Source: Eledone cirrhosa (Eukaryota). Taken from it: a stretch of 64,000 nucleotides of DNA. The stretch covers positions 27,032,001 to 27,096,000 of the forward strand of contig OZ024748.1 in assembly GCA_964016885.1 (NCBI GenBank), given 5' to 3'. Position numbers and translations under genes: made by a program. The notes under the pieces were generated by a model, which was not told the origin of the DNA, did not search any database, and saw only the letters and a list, made by a program, of their open reading frames with translations. This document shows, one piece after another, positions 50,501 to 61,600 of this stretch (within the stretch, counting starts at the first letter, position 1; every line of letters starts with the position of its first letter).

Positions 50501-53500
50501 TAGTGTGGTGGTGTGATCCTGGTGTGTCGGCTGTAGTGTGGTGGTGGTGTGATCCTGGTGTGTCGGCTGTAGTGTGGTGGTGTGATCCTGGTGTGTTGGC
50601 TGTAGTGTGGTGGTGTGATCCTGGTGTGTCGGCTGTAGTGTGGTGGTGTGATCCTGGTGTGTTGGCTGTAGTGTGGTGGTGTGATCCTGGTGTGTTGGCT
50701 GTAGTGTGGTGGTGTGATCCTGGTGTGTTGGCTGTAGTGTGGTGGTGTGATCCTGGTGTGTTGGCTGTAGTGTGGTGGTGTGATCCTGGTGTGTTGGCTG
50801 TAGTGTGGTGGTGTGATCCTGGTGTGTTGGCTGTAGTGTGGTGGTGGTGTGATCCTGGTGTGTTGGCTGTAGTGTGGTGGTGTGATCCTGGTGTGTTGGC
50901 TGTAGTGTGGTGGTGTGATCCTGGTGTGTTGGCTGTAGTGTGGTGGTGTGATCCTGGTGTGTTGGCTGTAGTGTGGTGGTGTGATCCTGGTGTGTTGGCT
51001 GTAGTGTGGTGGTGTGATCCTGGTGTGTCGGCTGTAGTGTGGTGGTGTGATCCTGGTGTGTCGGCTGTAGTGTGGTGGTGGTGTGATCCTGGTGTGTCGG
51101 CTGTAGTGTGGTGGTGTGATCCTGGTGTGTTGGCTGTAGTGTGGTGGTGTGATCCTGGTGTGTCGGCTGTAGTGTGGTGGTGTGATCCTGGTGTGTCGGC
51201 TGTAGTGTGGTGGTGTGATCCTGGTGTGTCGGCTGTAGTGTGGTGGTGGTGTGATCCTGGTGTGTTGGCTGTAGTGTGGTGGTGTGATCCTGGTGTGTCG
51301 GCTGTAGTGTGGTGGTGTGATCCTGGTGTGTCGGCTGTAGTGTGGTGGTGTGATCCTGGTGTGTTGGCTGTAGTGTGGTGGTGTGATCCTGGTGTGTTGG
51401 CTGTAGTGTGGTGGTGTGATCCTGGTGTGTTGGCTGTAGTGTGGTGGTGTGATCCTGGTGTGTCGGCTGTAGTGTGGTGGTGTGATCCTGGTGTGTCGGC
51501 TGTAGTGTGGTGGTGTGATCCTGGTGTGTCAGCTGTAGTGTGGTGGTGGTGTGATCCTGGTGTGTTGGCTGTAGTGTGGTGGTGTGATCCTGGTGTGTCA
51601 GCTGTAGTGTGGTGGTGTGATCCTGGTGTGTCGGCTGTAGTGTGGTGGTGGTGTGATCCTGGTGTGTTGGCTGTAGTGTGGTGGTGTGATCCTGGTGTGT
51701 CAGCTGTAGTGTGGTGGTGTGATCCTGGTGTGTCGGCTGTAGTGTGGTGGTGGTGTGATCCTGGTGTGTCGGCTGTAGTGTGGTGGTGTGATCCTGGTGT
51801 GTTGGCTGTAGTGTGGTGGTGTGATCCTGGTGTGTCGGCTGTAGTGTGGTGGTGTGATCCTGGTGTGTCGGCTGTAGTGTGGTGGTGTGATCCTGGTGTG
51901 TCGGCTGTAGTGTGGTGGTGTGATCCTGGTGTGTTGGCTGTAGTGTGGTGGTGTGATCCTGGTGTGTCGGCTGTAGTGTGGTGGTGTGATCCTGGTGTGT
52001 CGGCTGTAGTGTGGTGGTGTGATCCTGGTGTGTCAGCTGTAGTGTGGTGGTGGTGTGATCCTGGTGTGTTGGCTGTAGTGTGGTGGTGTGATCCTGGTGT
52101 GTCAGCTGTAGTGTGGTGGTGGTGTGATCCTGGTGTGTCGGCTGTAGTGTGGTGGTGGTATGATCCTGGTGTGTTGGCTGTAGTGTGGTGGTGTTATCCT
52201 GGTGTGTTGGCTGTAGTGTGGTGGTGGTGTGATCCTGGTGTGTCGGCTGTAGTGTGGTGGTGGTGTGATCCTGGTGTGTCGGCTGTAGTGTGGTGGTGGT
52301 GTGATCCTGGTGTGTCGGCTGTAGTGTGGTGGTGTGATCCTGGTGTGTTGACTGTAGTGTGGTGGTGGTGTGATCCTGGTGTGTTGGCTGTAGTGTGGTG
52401 GTGTGATCCTGGTGTGTCAGCTGTAGTGTGGTGGTGGTGTGATCCTGGTGTGTCGGCTGTAGTGTGGTGGTGGTATGATCCTGGTGTGTTGGCTGTAGTG
52501 TGGTGGTGTTATCCTGGTGTGTTGGCTGTAGTGTGGTGGTGGTGTGATCCTGGTGTGTCGGCTGTAGTGTGGTGGTGGTGTGATCCTGGTGTGTCGGCTG
52601 TAGTGTGGTGGTGGTGTGATCCTGGTGTGTCGGCTGTAGTGTGGTGGTGTGATCCTGGTGTGTTGGCTGTAGTGTGGTGGTGGTGTGATCCTGGTGTGTC
52701 GGCTGTAGTGTGGTGGTGGTGTTATCCTGGTGTGTTGGCTGTAGTGTGGTGGTGTGATCCTGGTGTGTTGGCTGTAGTGTGGTGGTGTGATCCTGGTGTG
52801 TCGGCTGTAGTGTGGTGGTGGTATGATCCTGGTGTGTTGGCTGTAGTGTGGTGGTGTTATCCTGGTGTGTTGGCTGTAGTGTGGTGGTGTGATCCTGGTG
52901 TGTCGGCTGTAGTGTGGTGGTGTGATCCTGGTGTGTTGGCTGTAGTGTGGTGGTGGTGTGATCCTGGTGTGTCGGCTGTAGTGTGGTGGTGGTGTGATCC
53001 TGGTGTGTCGGCTGTAGTGTGGTGGTGGTGTGATCCTGGTGTGTTGGCTGTAGTGTGGTGGTGTGATCCTGGTGTGTCGGCTGTAGTGTGGTGGTGGTGT
53101 TATCCTGGTGTGTCGGCTGTAGTGTGGTGGTGGTGTGATCCTGGTGTGTCGGCTGTAGTGTGGTGGTGGTGTGATCCTGGTGTGTCGGCTGTAGTGTGGT
53201 GGTGGTGTGATCCTGGTGTGTCGGCTGTAGTGTGGTGGTGGTGTGATCCTGGTGTGTCGTCTGTAGTGTGGTGGTGGTGTGATCCTGGTGTGTTGGCTGT
53301 AGTGTGGTGGTGGTGTTATCCTGGTGTGTTGGCTGTAGTGTGGTGGTGTGATCCTGGTGTGTCGGCTGTAGTGTGGTGGTGGTGTGATCCTGGTGTGTCG
53401 GCTGTAGTGTGGTGGTGGTGTGATCCTGGTGTGTCGGCTGTAGTGTGGTGGTGGTGTGATCCTGGTGTGTCGGCTGTAGTGTGGTGGTGTGATCCTGGTG

Positions 53501-56500
53501 TGTTGGCTGTAGTGTGGTGGTGGTGTGATCCTGGTGTGTCGGCTGTAGTGTGGTGGTGTGATCCTGGTGTGTCGGCTGTAGTGTGGTGGTGTGATCCTGG
53601 TGTGTCGGCTGTAGTGTGGTGGTGTGATCCTGGTGTGTTGGCTGTAGTGTGGTGGTGTGATCCTGGTGTGTCGGCTGTAGTGTGGTGGTGTGATCCTGGT
53701 GTGTTGGCTGTAGTGTGGTGGTGGTGTGATCCTGGTGTGTTGGCTGTAGTGTGGTGGTGTGATCCTGGTGTGTCGGCTGTAGTGTGGTGGTGTGATCCTG
53801 GTGTGTTGGCTGTAGTGTGGTGGTGGTGTGATCCTGGTGTGTTGGCTGTAGTGTGGTGGTGTGATCCTGGTGTGTTGGCTGTAGTGTGGTGGTGTGATCC
53901 TGGTGTGTCGGCTGTAGTGTGGTGGTGGTATGATCCTGGTGTGTTGGCTGTAGTGTGGTGGTGTTATCCTGGTGTGTTGGCTGTAGTGTGGTGGTGGTGT
54001 GATCCTGGTGTGTTGGCTGTAGTGTGGTGGTGGTGTGATCCTGGTGTGTCGGCTGTAGTGTGGTGGTGTGATCCTGGTGTGTCGGCTGTAGTGTGGTGGT
54101 GTGATCCTGGTGTGTCGGCTGTAGTGTGGTGGTGTTATCCTGGTGTGTCGGCTGTAGTGTGGTGGTGGTATGATCCTGGTGTGTCGGCTGTAGTGTGGTG
54201 GTGGTGTGATCCTGGTGTGTCGGCTGTAGTGTGGTGGTGGTGGTGTGATCCTGGTGTGTCGGCTGTAGTGTGGTGGTGGTGTGATCCTGGTGTGTCGGCT
54301 GTAGTGTGGTGGTGGTGGTGTGATCCTGGTGTGTCGGCTGTAGTGTGGTGGTGGTATGATCCTGGTGTGTCGGCTGTAGTGTGGTGGTGGTGTGATCCTG
54401 GTGTGTCGGCTGTAGTGTGGTGGTGATGTGATCCTGGTGTGTCGGCTGTAGTGTGGTGGTGGTGTGATCCTGGTGTGTCGGCTGTAGTGTGGTGGTGGTG
54501 TGATCCTGGTGTGTCGGCTGTAGTGTGGTGGTGTGATCCTGGTGTGTTGGCTGTAGTGTGGTGGTGGTGTGATCCTGGTGTGTCGGCTGTAGTGTGGTGG
54601 TGTGATCCTGGTGTGTTGGCTGTAGTGTGGTGGTGGTGTGATCCTGGTGTGTTGGCTGTAGTGTGGTGGTGGTGTGATCCTGGTGTGTCGGCTGTAGTGT
54701 GGTGGTGTTATCCTGGTGTGTCAGCTGTAGTGTGGTGGTGTGATCCTGGTGTGTCGGCTGTAGTGTGGTGGTGGTGTGATCCTGGTGTGTCGGCTGTAGT
54801 GTGGTGGTGGTGTGATCCTGGTGTGTTGGCTGTAGTGTGGTGGTGTGATCCTGGTGTGTCAGCTGTAGTGTGGTGGTGTGATCCTGGTGTGTCGGCTGTA
54901 GTGTGGTGGTGGTGTGATCCTGGTGTGTCGGCTGTAGTGTGGTGGTGGTGTGATCCTGGTGTGTCGGCTGTAGTGTGGTGGTGGTGTGATCCTGGTGTGT
55001 CGGCTGTAGTGTGGTGGTGTGATCCTGGTGTGTTGGCTGTAGTGTGGTGGTGGTGTGATCCTGGTGTGTCGGCTGTAGTGTGGTGGTGTGATCCTGGTGT
55101 GTTGGCTGTAGTGTGGTGGTGGTGTGATCCTGGTGTGTTGGCTGTAGTGTGGTGGTGGTGTGATCCTGGTGTGTCGGCTGTAGTGTGGTGGTGGTGTGAT
55201 CCTGGTGTGTTGGCTGTAGTGTGGTGGTGGTATGATCCTGGTGTGTCGGCTGTAGTGTGGTGGTGGTGTGATCCTGGTGTGTCGGCTGTAGTGTGGTGGT
55301 GGTGTGATCCTGGTGTGTTGGCTGTAGTGTGGTGGTGGTGTGATCCTGGTGTGTTGGCTGTAGTGTGGTGGTGGTGTGATCCTGGTGTGTCGGCTGTAGT
55401 GTGGTGGTGGTGTGATCCTGGTGTGTCGGCTGTAGTGTGGTGGTGTGATCCTGGTGTGTCGGCTGTAGTGTGGTGGTGGTGTGATCCTGGTGTGTCGGCT
55501 GTAGTGTGGTGGTGTGATCCTGGTGTGTCGGCTGTAGTGTGGTGGTGGTGTGATCCTGGTGTGTCGGCTGTAGTGTGGTGGTGGTGTGATCCTGGTGTGT
55601 CGGCTGTAGTGTGGTGGTGGTGTGATCCTGGTGTGTTGGCTGTAGTGTGGTGGTGGTGTGATCCTGGTGTGTTGGCTGTAGTGTGGTGGTGGTATGATCC
55701 TGGTGTGTCGGCTGTAGTGTGGTGGTGGTGTGATCCTGGTGTGTCGGCTGTAGTGTGGTGGTGTGATCCTGGTGTGTCGGCTGTAGTGTGGTGGTGGTGT
55801 GATCCTGGTGTGTCGGCTGTAGTGTGGTGGTGGTGTGATCCTGGTGTGTCGGCTGTAGTGTGGTGGTGTGATCCTGGTGTTGGCTGTAGTGTGGTGGTGT
55901 GATCCTGGTGTGTTGGCTGTAGTGTGGTGGTGGTGTGATCCTGGTGTGTCGGCTGTAGTGTGGTGGTGGTGTGATCCTGGTGTGTTGGCTGTAGTGTGGT
56001 GGTGTGATCCTGGTGTGTTGGCTGTAGTGTGGTGGTGTGATCCTGGTGTGTCGGCTGTAGTGTGGTGGTGGTGTGATCCTGGTGTGTCGGCTGTAGTGTG
56101 GTGGTGGTGTGATCCTGGTGTGTTGGCTGTAGTGTGGTGGTGTGATCCTGGTGTTGGCTGTAGTGTGGTGGTGTGATCCTGGTGTGTTGGCTGTAGTGTG
56201 GTGGTGTGATCCTGGTGTGTTGGCTGTAGTGTGGTGGTGTGATCCTGGTGTTGGCTGTAGTGTGGTGGTGTGATCCTGGTGTGTCGGCTGTAGTGTGGTG
56301 GTGGTGTGATCCTGGTGTGTCGGCTGTAGTGTGGTGGTGGTGTGATCCTGGTGTGTCGGCTGTAGTGTGGTGGTGTTATTCTGGTGTGTCGGCTGTAGTG
56401 TGGTGGTGGTATGATCCTGGTGTGTTGGCTGTAGTGTGGTGGTGGTGTGATCCTGGTGTGTTGGCTGTAGTGTGGTGGTGGTGTGATCCTGGTGTGTTGG

Positions 56501-59500
56501 CTGTAGTGTGGTGGTGGTGTGATCCTGGTGTGTTGGCTGTAGTGTGGTGGTGGTGTGATCCTGGTGTGTTGGCTGTAGTGTGGTGGTGGTGTGATCCTGG
56601 TGTGTTGGCTGTAGTGTGGTGGTGGTGTGATCCTGGTGTGTCGGCTGTAGTGTGGTGGTGTGATCCTGGTGTGTTGGCTGTAGTGTGGTGGTGGTGTGAT
56701 CCTGGTGTGTCGGCTGTAGTGTGGTGGTGTGATCCTGGTGTGTTGGCTGTAGTGTGGTGGTGGTGTGATCCTGGTGTGTTGGCTGTAGTGTGGTGGTGGT
56801 GTGATCCTGGTGTGTCGGCTGTAGTGTGGTGGTGTGATCCTGGTGTGTTGGCTGTAGTGTGGTGGTGGTGTGATCCTGGTGTGTCGGCTGTAGTGTGGTG
56901 GTGTGATCCTGGTGTGTTGGCTGTAGTGTGGTGGTGGTGTGATCCTGGTGTGTCGGCTGTAGTGTGGTGGTGGTGTGATCCTGGTGTGTCGGCTGTAGTG
57001 TGGTGGTGGTGTGATCCTGGTGTGTCGGCTGTAGTGTGGTGGTGTGATCCTGGTGTGTTGGCTGTAGTGTGGTGGTGGTGTGATCCTGGTGTGTCGGCTG
57101 TAGTGTGGTGGTGTGATCCTGGTGTGTTGGCTGTAGTGTGGTGGTGGTGTGATCCTGGTGTGTCGGCTGTAGTGTGGTGGTGTGATCCTGGTGTGTTGGC
57201 TGTAGTGTGGTGGTGGTGTGATCCTGGTGTGTCGGCTGTAGTGTGGTGGTGGTGTGATCCTGGTGTGTCGGCTGTAGTGTGGTGGTGTGATCCTGGTGTG
57301 TTGGCTGTAGTGTGGTGGTGGTGTGATCCTGGTGTGTCGGCTGTAGTGTGGTGGTGGTGTGATCCTGGTGTGTTGGCTGTAGTGTGGTGGTGGTATGATC
57401 CTGGTGTGTCGGCTGTAGTGTGGTGGTGTGATCCTGGTGTGTCGGCTGTAGTGTGGTGGTGTGATCCTGGTGTGTTGGCTGTAGTGTGGTGGTGTGATCT
57501 GGTGTGTCGGCTGTAGTGTGGTGGTGTGATCCTGGTGTGTTGGCTGTAGTGTGGTGGTGGTGTGATCCTGGTGTGTCGGCTGTAGTGTGGTGGTGTGATC
57601 CTGGTGTGTTGGCTGTAGTGTGGTGGTGGTGTGATCCTGGTGTGTCGGCTGTAGTGTGGTGGTGGTGTGATCCTGGTGTGTTGGCTGTAGTGTGGTGGTG
57701 GTGTGATCCTGGTGTGTCGGCTGTAGTGTGGTGGTGTGATCCTGGTGTGTCGGCTGTAGTGTGGTGGTGTGATCCTGGTGTGTTCGGCTGTAGTGTGGTG
57801 GTGTGATCCTGGTGTGTCGGCTGTAGTGTGGTGGTGTGATCCTGGTGTGTTGGCTGTAGTGTGGTGGTGGTGTGATCCTGGTGTGTTGGCTGTAGTGTGG
57901 TGGTGGTGTGATCCTGGTGTGTCGGCTGTAGTGTGGTGGTGTGATCCTGGTGTGTCGGCTGTAGTGTGGTGGTGTGATCCTGGTGTGTTGGCTGTAGTGT
58001 GGTGGTGGTGTGATCCTGGTGTGTTGGCTGTAGTGTGGTGGTGGTGTGATCCTGGTGTGTCGGCTGTAGTGTGGTGGTGTGATCCTGGTGTGTCGGCTGT
58101 AGTGTGGTGGTGGTGTGATCCTGGTGTGTCGGCTGTAGTGTGGTGGTGTGATCCTGGTGTGTCGGCTGTAGTGTGGTGGTGTGATCCTGGTGTGTTGGCT
58201 GTAGTGTGGTGGTGTGATCCTGGTGTGTTGGCTGTAGTGTGGTGGTGTGATCCTGGTGTGTTGGCTGTAGTGTGGTGGTGTGATCCTGGTGTGTCGGCTG
58301 TAGTGTGGTGGTGGTGTGATCCTGGTGTGTCGGCTGTAGTGTGGTGGTGTGATCCTGGTGTGTTGGCTGTAGTGTGGTGGTGTGATCCTGGTGTGTTGGC
58401 TGTAGTGTGGTGGTGTGATCCTGGTGTGTTGGCTGTAGTGTGGTGGTGTGATCCTGGTGTGTCGGCTGTAGTGTGGTGGTGGTGTGATCCTGGTGTGTCG
58501 GCTGTAGTGTGGTGGTGTGATCCTGGTGTGTTGGCTGTAGTGTGGTGGTGTGATCCTGGTGTGTCGGCTGTAGTGTGGTGGTGGTGTGATCCTGGTGTGT
58601 CGGCTGTAGTGTGGTGGTGTGATCCTGGTGTGTTGGCTGTAGTGTGGTGGTGTGATCCTGGTGTGTCGGCTGTAGTGTGGTGGTGTGATCCTGGTGTGTT
58701 GGCTGTAGTGTGGTGGTGTTATCCTGGTGTGTTGGCTGTAGTGTGGTGGTGTGATCCTGGTGTGTCGGCTGTAGTGTGGTGGTGTTATCCTGGTGTGTTG
58801 GCTGTAGTGTGGTGGTGTGATCCTGGTGTGTTGGCTGTAGTGTGGTGGTGTGATCCTGGTGTGTCGGCTGTAGTGTGGTGGTGTGATCCTGGTGTGTTGG
58901 CTGTAGTGTGGTGGTGTTATCCTGGTGTGTTGGCTGTAGTGTGGTGGTGTGATCCTGGTGTGTCGGCTGTAGTGTGGTTGTGTGATCCTGGTGTGTCGGC
59001 TGTAGTGTGGTGGTGGTGTGATCCTGGTGTGTTGGCTGTAGTGTGGTGGTGTGATCCTGGTGTGTCGGCTGTAGTGTGGTGGTGGTGTGATCCTGGTGTG
59101 TCGGCTGTAGTGTGGTGGTGTGATCCTGGTGTGTTGGCTGTAGTGTGGTGGTGGTGTGATCCTGGTGTGTTGGCTGTAGTGTGGTGGTGTGATCCTGGTG
59201 TGTCGGCTGTAGTGTGGTGGTGGTGTGATCCTGGTGTGTCGGCTGTAGTGTGGTGGTGGTGTGATCCTGGTGTGTCGGCTGTAGTGTGGTGGTGTGATCC
59301 TGGTGTGTCGGCTGTAGTGTGGTGGTGGTGTGATCCTGGTGTGTTGGCTGTAGTGTGGTGGTGGTGTGATCCTGGTGTGTCGGCTGTAGTGTGGTGGTGG
59401 TGTGATCCTGGTGTGTCGGCTGTAGTGTGGTGGTGTGATCCTGGTGTGTCGGCTGTAGTGTGGTGGTGTGATCCTGGTGTGTCGGCTGTAGTGTGGTGGT

Positions 59501-61600
59501 GTGATCCTGGTGTGTCGGCTGTAGTGTGGTGGTGTGATCCTGGTGTGTTGGCTGTAGTGTGGTGGTGTGATCCTGGTGTGTTGGCTGTAGTGTGGTGGTG
59601 TGATCCTGGTGTGTCGGCTGTAGTGTGGTGGTGGTGTGATCCTGGTGTGTCGGCTGTAGTGTGGTGGTGTGATCCTGGTGTGTCGGCTGTAGTGTGGTGG
59701 TGGTGGTGTGATCCTGGTGTGTCGGCTGTAGTGTGGTGGTGTGATCCTGGTGTGTTGGCTGTAGTGTGGTGGTGGTGTGATCCTGGTGTGTCGGCTGTAG
59801 TGTGGTGGTGTGATCCTGGTGTGTCGGCTGTAGTGTGGTGGTGGTGTGATCCTGGTGTGTCGGCTGTAGTGTGGTGGTGTGATCCTGGTGTGTCGGCTGT
59901 AGTGTGGTGGTGGTGGTGTGATCCTGGTGTGTCGGCTGTAGTGTGGTGGTGTGATCCTGGTGTGTCGGCTGTAGTGTGGTGGTGGTGTGATCCTGGTGTG
60001 TCGGCTGTAGTGTGGTGGTGTGATCCTGGTGTGTCGGCTGTAGTGTGGTGGTGGTGTGATCCTGGTGTGTCGGCTGTAGTGTGGTGGTGTGATCCTGGTG
60101 TGTCGGCTGTAGTGTGGTGGTGTGATCCTGGTGTGTTGGCTGTAGTGTGGTGGTGTGATCCTGGTGTGTTGGCTGTAGTGTGGTGGTGTGATCATGGAAT
60201 GTTTGATAAATACTGTCTTAAATAGGGTTAAAAACTAATTGGCTTTTTGCGTTCTTGATGATAATAAATATAAAAACAAAAGATATTTCCTTAAGACATT
60301 GTTACTTTGATATAACTAATGGTGGCTTTCTCTCTTTAAATTTCTCCTAAAACAGAACCACCTGATGAATTCCTCTGTCCTATTACTAGAGAAGTTATGA
60401 GAGATCCTGTCATTGCCTCAGGTAAGTCAGTCACCTTCTGATCCCTCTCTCTATTAACTCTGTAAAGTGGTCATGATGGTGACACAGCAAAAAGCGGCCA
60501 GCCCAAACAGTAAAGTGGTTGCGTAGGTGTCACAACAAAAAGCACCCAGTCCACACTGTAAGGTAGTCATGTAGGTGTCACAACAAAAAGCACCCAGTCC
60601 ACACTGTAAGGTAGTCATGTAGGTGTCACAACAAAAAGCACCCAGTACTCACTGTAAATGAGGATGGCATTAGGAAGGATATCCAGCTGTAGAAACCAAG
60701 TGAAAATCAGTTTTGTATGAGCAAGACATGGTCACCTGACCTTGCATTGTCCACAACGAAACAACTCATCTAACCCATGTTAGCTTGGAAGAATAGACCT
60801 AAAACGGTGATGATGATGATGACACCAAACCACATGTTTCTATCACACCAAATCCCTACCGCATATTGGCTCCTCTTTATATTAGCAGTTCAAATCCCAC
60901 CAAAGTTAGTTTTACCTTTCATCCTTACAGGGTTGATAGAATAAAGTACCAGTAATGCACTGGGGTTGATTTCATCGATTATTGAGCACAGTTCTGTGTA
61001 CCTTGGGTATGTGCTATGTGGTTTTTGGTGGTGTTGTTTCTATTAGTAGTGCTATTTTTTGTATTGTGTGTATATGTATATATATCTTTGTAAGTCCTTG
61101 GGTTTTGGTCATGTATCTGTTTGTGTATGTGTTTTTTATCATTCCCAGAGCATCTAATATTATAGGTATTGTTTGTTTTATATTGTTATATTGGTTGATT
61201 GGCAGTATTGGTAAAGCATCGGACAATATACTTTGTGACATAGAGTTAGAGTGCTTTACCTTTTGATTTCATATCCCACCAGGGTTAACTCTGCCTTTCA
61301 TCCTTACAGGGTCGATAAAATAAAGTAGCAGTAATGCACTGGGACCAATTTATTCGATTTTCCAACTCCCCCAAAATTGTTGGCCTTGTGCCTAAATCAG
61401 AAACCAATATTATTATTATTATATTGTATTTATTGTTTCCTTACTTAACAGATGGCTACACCTATGAGAGAACAGCGATAGAATCCTGGATCAAATCTGG
61501 CACTAGTCGTAGTCCCATGACCAACGTTATTCTTCCCAGTCAGCAACTGATCCCTAACTTAACTGTGAAAATGTTAATTCAGAATCATGTTAAGATGTAA
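23376..61600 (+). CDS. WDSUB1: WD repeat, SAM and U-box domain-containing protein 1 (complete, 11 coding exons, 507 aa)
   Basis: Phase-consistent exons total 1524 nt. WD40 repeats (GH...CAF...LASCS.DG.L.VW; SGSDDETLCIW; SGSNDKTIKIW), SAM domain (WSVEDACSWL...FRKQAIDGPELL) and U-box ([34 protein letters not shown]...SPMTN). Confidence 0.96.
25757..25953 (+). CDS. WDSUB1: WDSUB1 coding exon 2
   Basis: ttcag|CLSHTTFVVTCAFSPDSKLLISG...AHDLGMMGCDFWSGISAE+A|gtaaga. Confidence 0.93.
26943..27920. mobile_element. Cluster of SINE family A copies and fragments
   Basis: Same GGCACAAGGCCAGC / TTTATCGACCCCGTAAGGATGAAAGGC consensus; mostly minus strand, one plus-strand truncated copy at 27847-27920. Confidence 0.85.
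27978..28197. mobile_element. piggyBac-like MITE
   Basis: TTAA|CCCTTTAATGTT...AATGCTAAAGGG|TTAA; opposite orientation to 1211-1444. Confidence 0.82.
28237..28320 (+). CDS. WDSUB1: WDSUB1 coding exon 3
   Basis: ttcag|DCTKYLLATCGQDALIKLWEIVSTNIR+T|gtaagt. Confidence 0.93.
28343..28682 (-). mobile_element. SINE family B copy
   Basis: High identity to the other family B copies. Confidence 0.85.
28725..29228. mobile_element. RTE LINE with inverted 5' part
   Basis: Minus strand CIRNDTG...EAWKCYYERLMNVENEW abuts plus strand RRLHWYGHVM...RGRPRKIW and a (GAT)n tail. Confidence 0.8.
29310..29546. mobile_element. pogo/Tigger-like MITE
   Basis: TA|CAGTAGAACCTCGGTTCACAAAC ... GTTTGTGAACCAAAGTTTCTCTG|TA. 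Confidence 0.75.
29598..30905. repeat. 50-bp minisatellite, ~26 copies
   Basis: Unit GAGAGATGATTGGACTAGTTAACTAAACTATTATTACCATGAAAGAGAGG. Confidence 0.95.
31830..32540. repeat. Degenerate CA-rich minisatellite (~30-40 bp)
   Basis: Recurring CACACTCAACCACCAGACACT core. Confidence 0.85.
32764..32857 (+). CDS. WDSUB1: WDSUB1 coding exon 4
   Basis: gccag|VRVSSKYILVGHEAPVSVCCFSYQRKLLAS+GG|gtaagt. Confidence 0.92.
33124..33157 (+). CDS. WDSUB1: WDSUB1 coding exon 5
   Basis: tccag|SFDKTVRLWNP|gtaagt. Confidence 0.92.
33485..33975 (-). mobile_element. CR1/L2-group LINE 3' fragment
   Basis: LKLRRLATDL, KTRGHANKV, RKHFF..RVAEDWNKLP; (TTA)n tail. Confidence 0.82.
35037..35077 (+). CDS. WDSUB1: WDSUB1 coding exon 6
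   Basis: ttcag|TNGDCIQILTSHT+AG|gtgagg. Confidence 0.88.
36110..36452 (-). mobile_element. SINE family B copy
   Basis: High identity to the other family B copies. Confidence 0.85.
37067..37146 (+). ncRNA. Type I hammerhead ribozyme candidate (degenerate stem II)
   Basis: Long stem I, CTGATGA at 37091, GAAA at 37111, stem III ACA-TTAG-TGT, GUC triplet. Confidence 0.55.
37850..38745. mobile_element. SINE family A cluster, two plus-strand copies then minus-strand copies
   Basis: Plus copies ~37850-38065 and 38088-38270; minus copies ~38370-38552 and 38570-38745. Confidence 0.85.
38909..39003 (+). CDS. WDSUB1: WDSUB1 coding exon 7
   Basis: accag|YVTCCTFSLDDKYLASGSNDKTIKIWNMINN+G|gtgagg. Confidence 0.93.
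40005..40256 (+). CDS. WDSUB1: WDSUB1 coding exon 8 (SAM domain)
   Basis: tccag|TSVEVSN...KWSVEDACSWLQRTELEDFSEIFRKQAIDGPELLRLSDDIIEKHLGI+C|gtaaga. Confidence 0.93.
40464..40682. repeat. 20-bp tandem repeat, ~10 copies
   Basis: TAATAGTTAAAATACTTCTA. Confidence 0.92.
40732..40818 (+). CDS. WDSUB1: WDSUB1 coding exon 9 (end of SAM)
   Basis: ttcag|AYGSRSKILRARDHLVSQITETSQFCLK+G|gttggt. Confidence 0.9.
40843..41493. repeat. Degenerate pentanucleotide microsatellite (GTGTA/GTGTG)n
   Basis: 5-bp periodicity starting ~25 bp after the exon 9 donor. Confidence 0.92.
41494..60193. repeat. Giant intronic 33/36-bp satellite (~18.7 kb, roughly 550 units)
   Basis: Unit GTG(TGG)2-4TGTGATCCTGGTGTGT(C/T)GGCTGTA, highly homogeneous. 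Confidence 0.98.
60356..60421 (+). CDS. WDSUB1: WDSUB1 coding exon 10 (U-box N-half)
   Basis: aacag|[21 protein letters not shown]+G|gtaagt. Confidence 0.95.
60460..60822 (+). mobile_element. SINE/RTE-tail element with an internal 48-bp tandem repeat
   Basis: GTGTCACAACAAAAAGCACCCAGTCCACACTGTAAGG x3, then ATTAGGAAGG.ATCCAGCTGTAGAAA and a (GAT)n tail. Confidence 0.65.
61452..61600 (+). CDS. WDSUB1: WDSUB1 coding exon 11 (U-box C-half, stop)
   Basis: aacag|(D)[51 protein letters not shown]. Confidence 0.95.

Noticed and set aside
41494-60225. Very long ORFs (up to 1778 aa) of VVWWCDPGVSA / HTRITPPHYSR repeats on both strands
   Set aside because: They arise because the unit length is a multiple of 3 and lacks stops in several frames. 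Frames are broken by scattered indels, and the flanking WDSUB1 exons splice in phase across the array.
60362-60375. CTGATGA hammerhead-like core
   Set aside because: Falls in U-box coding sequence (PDE) without stem II/GAAA/stem III geometry.
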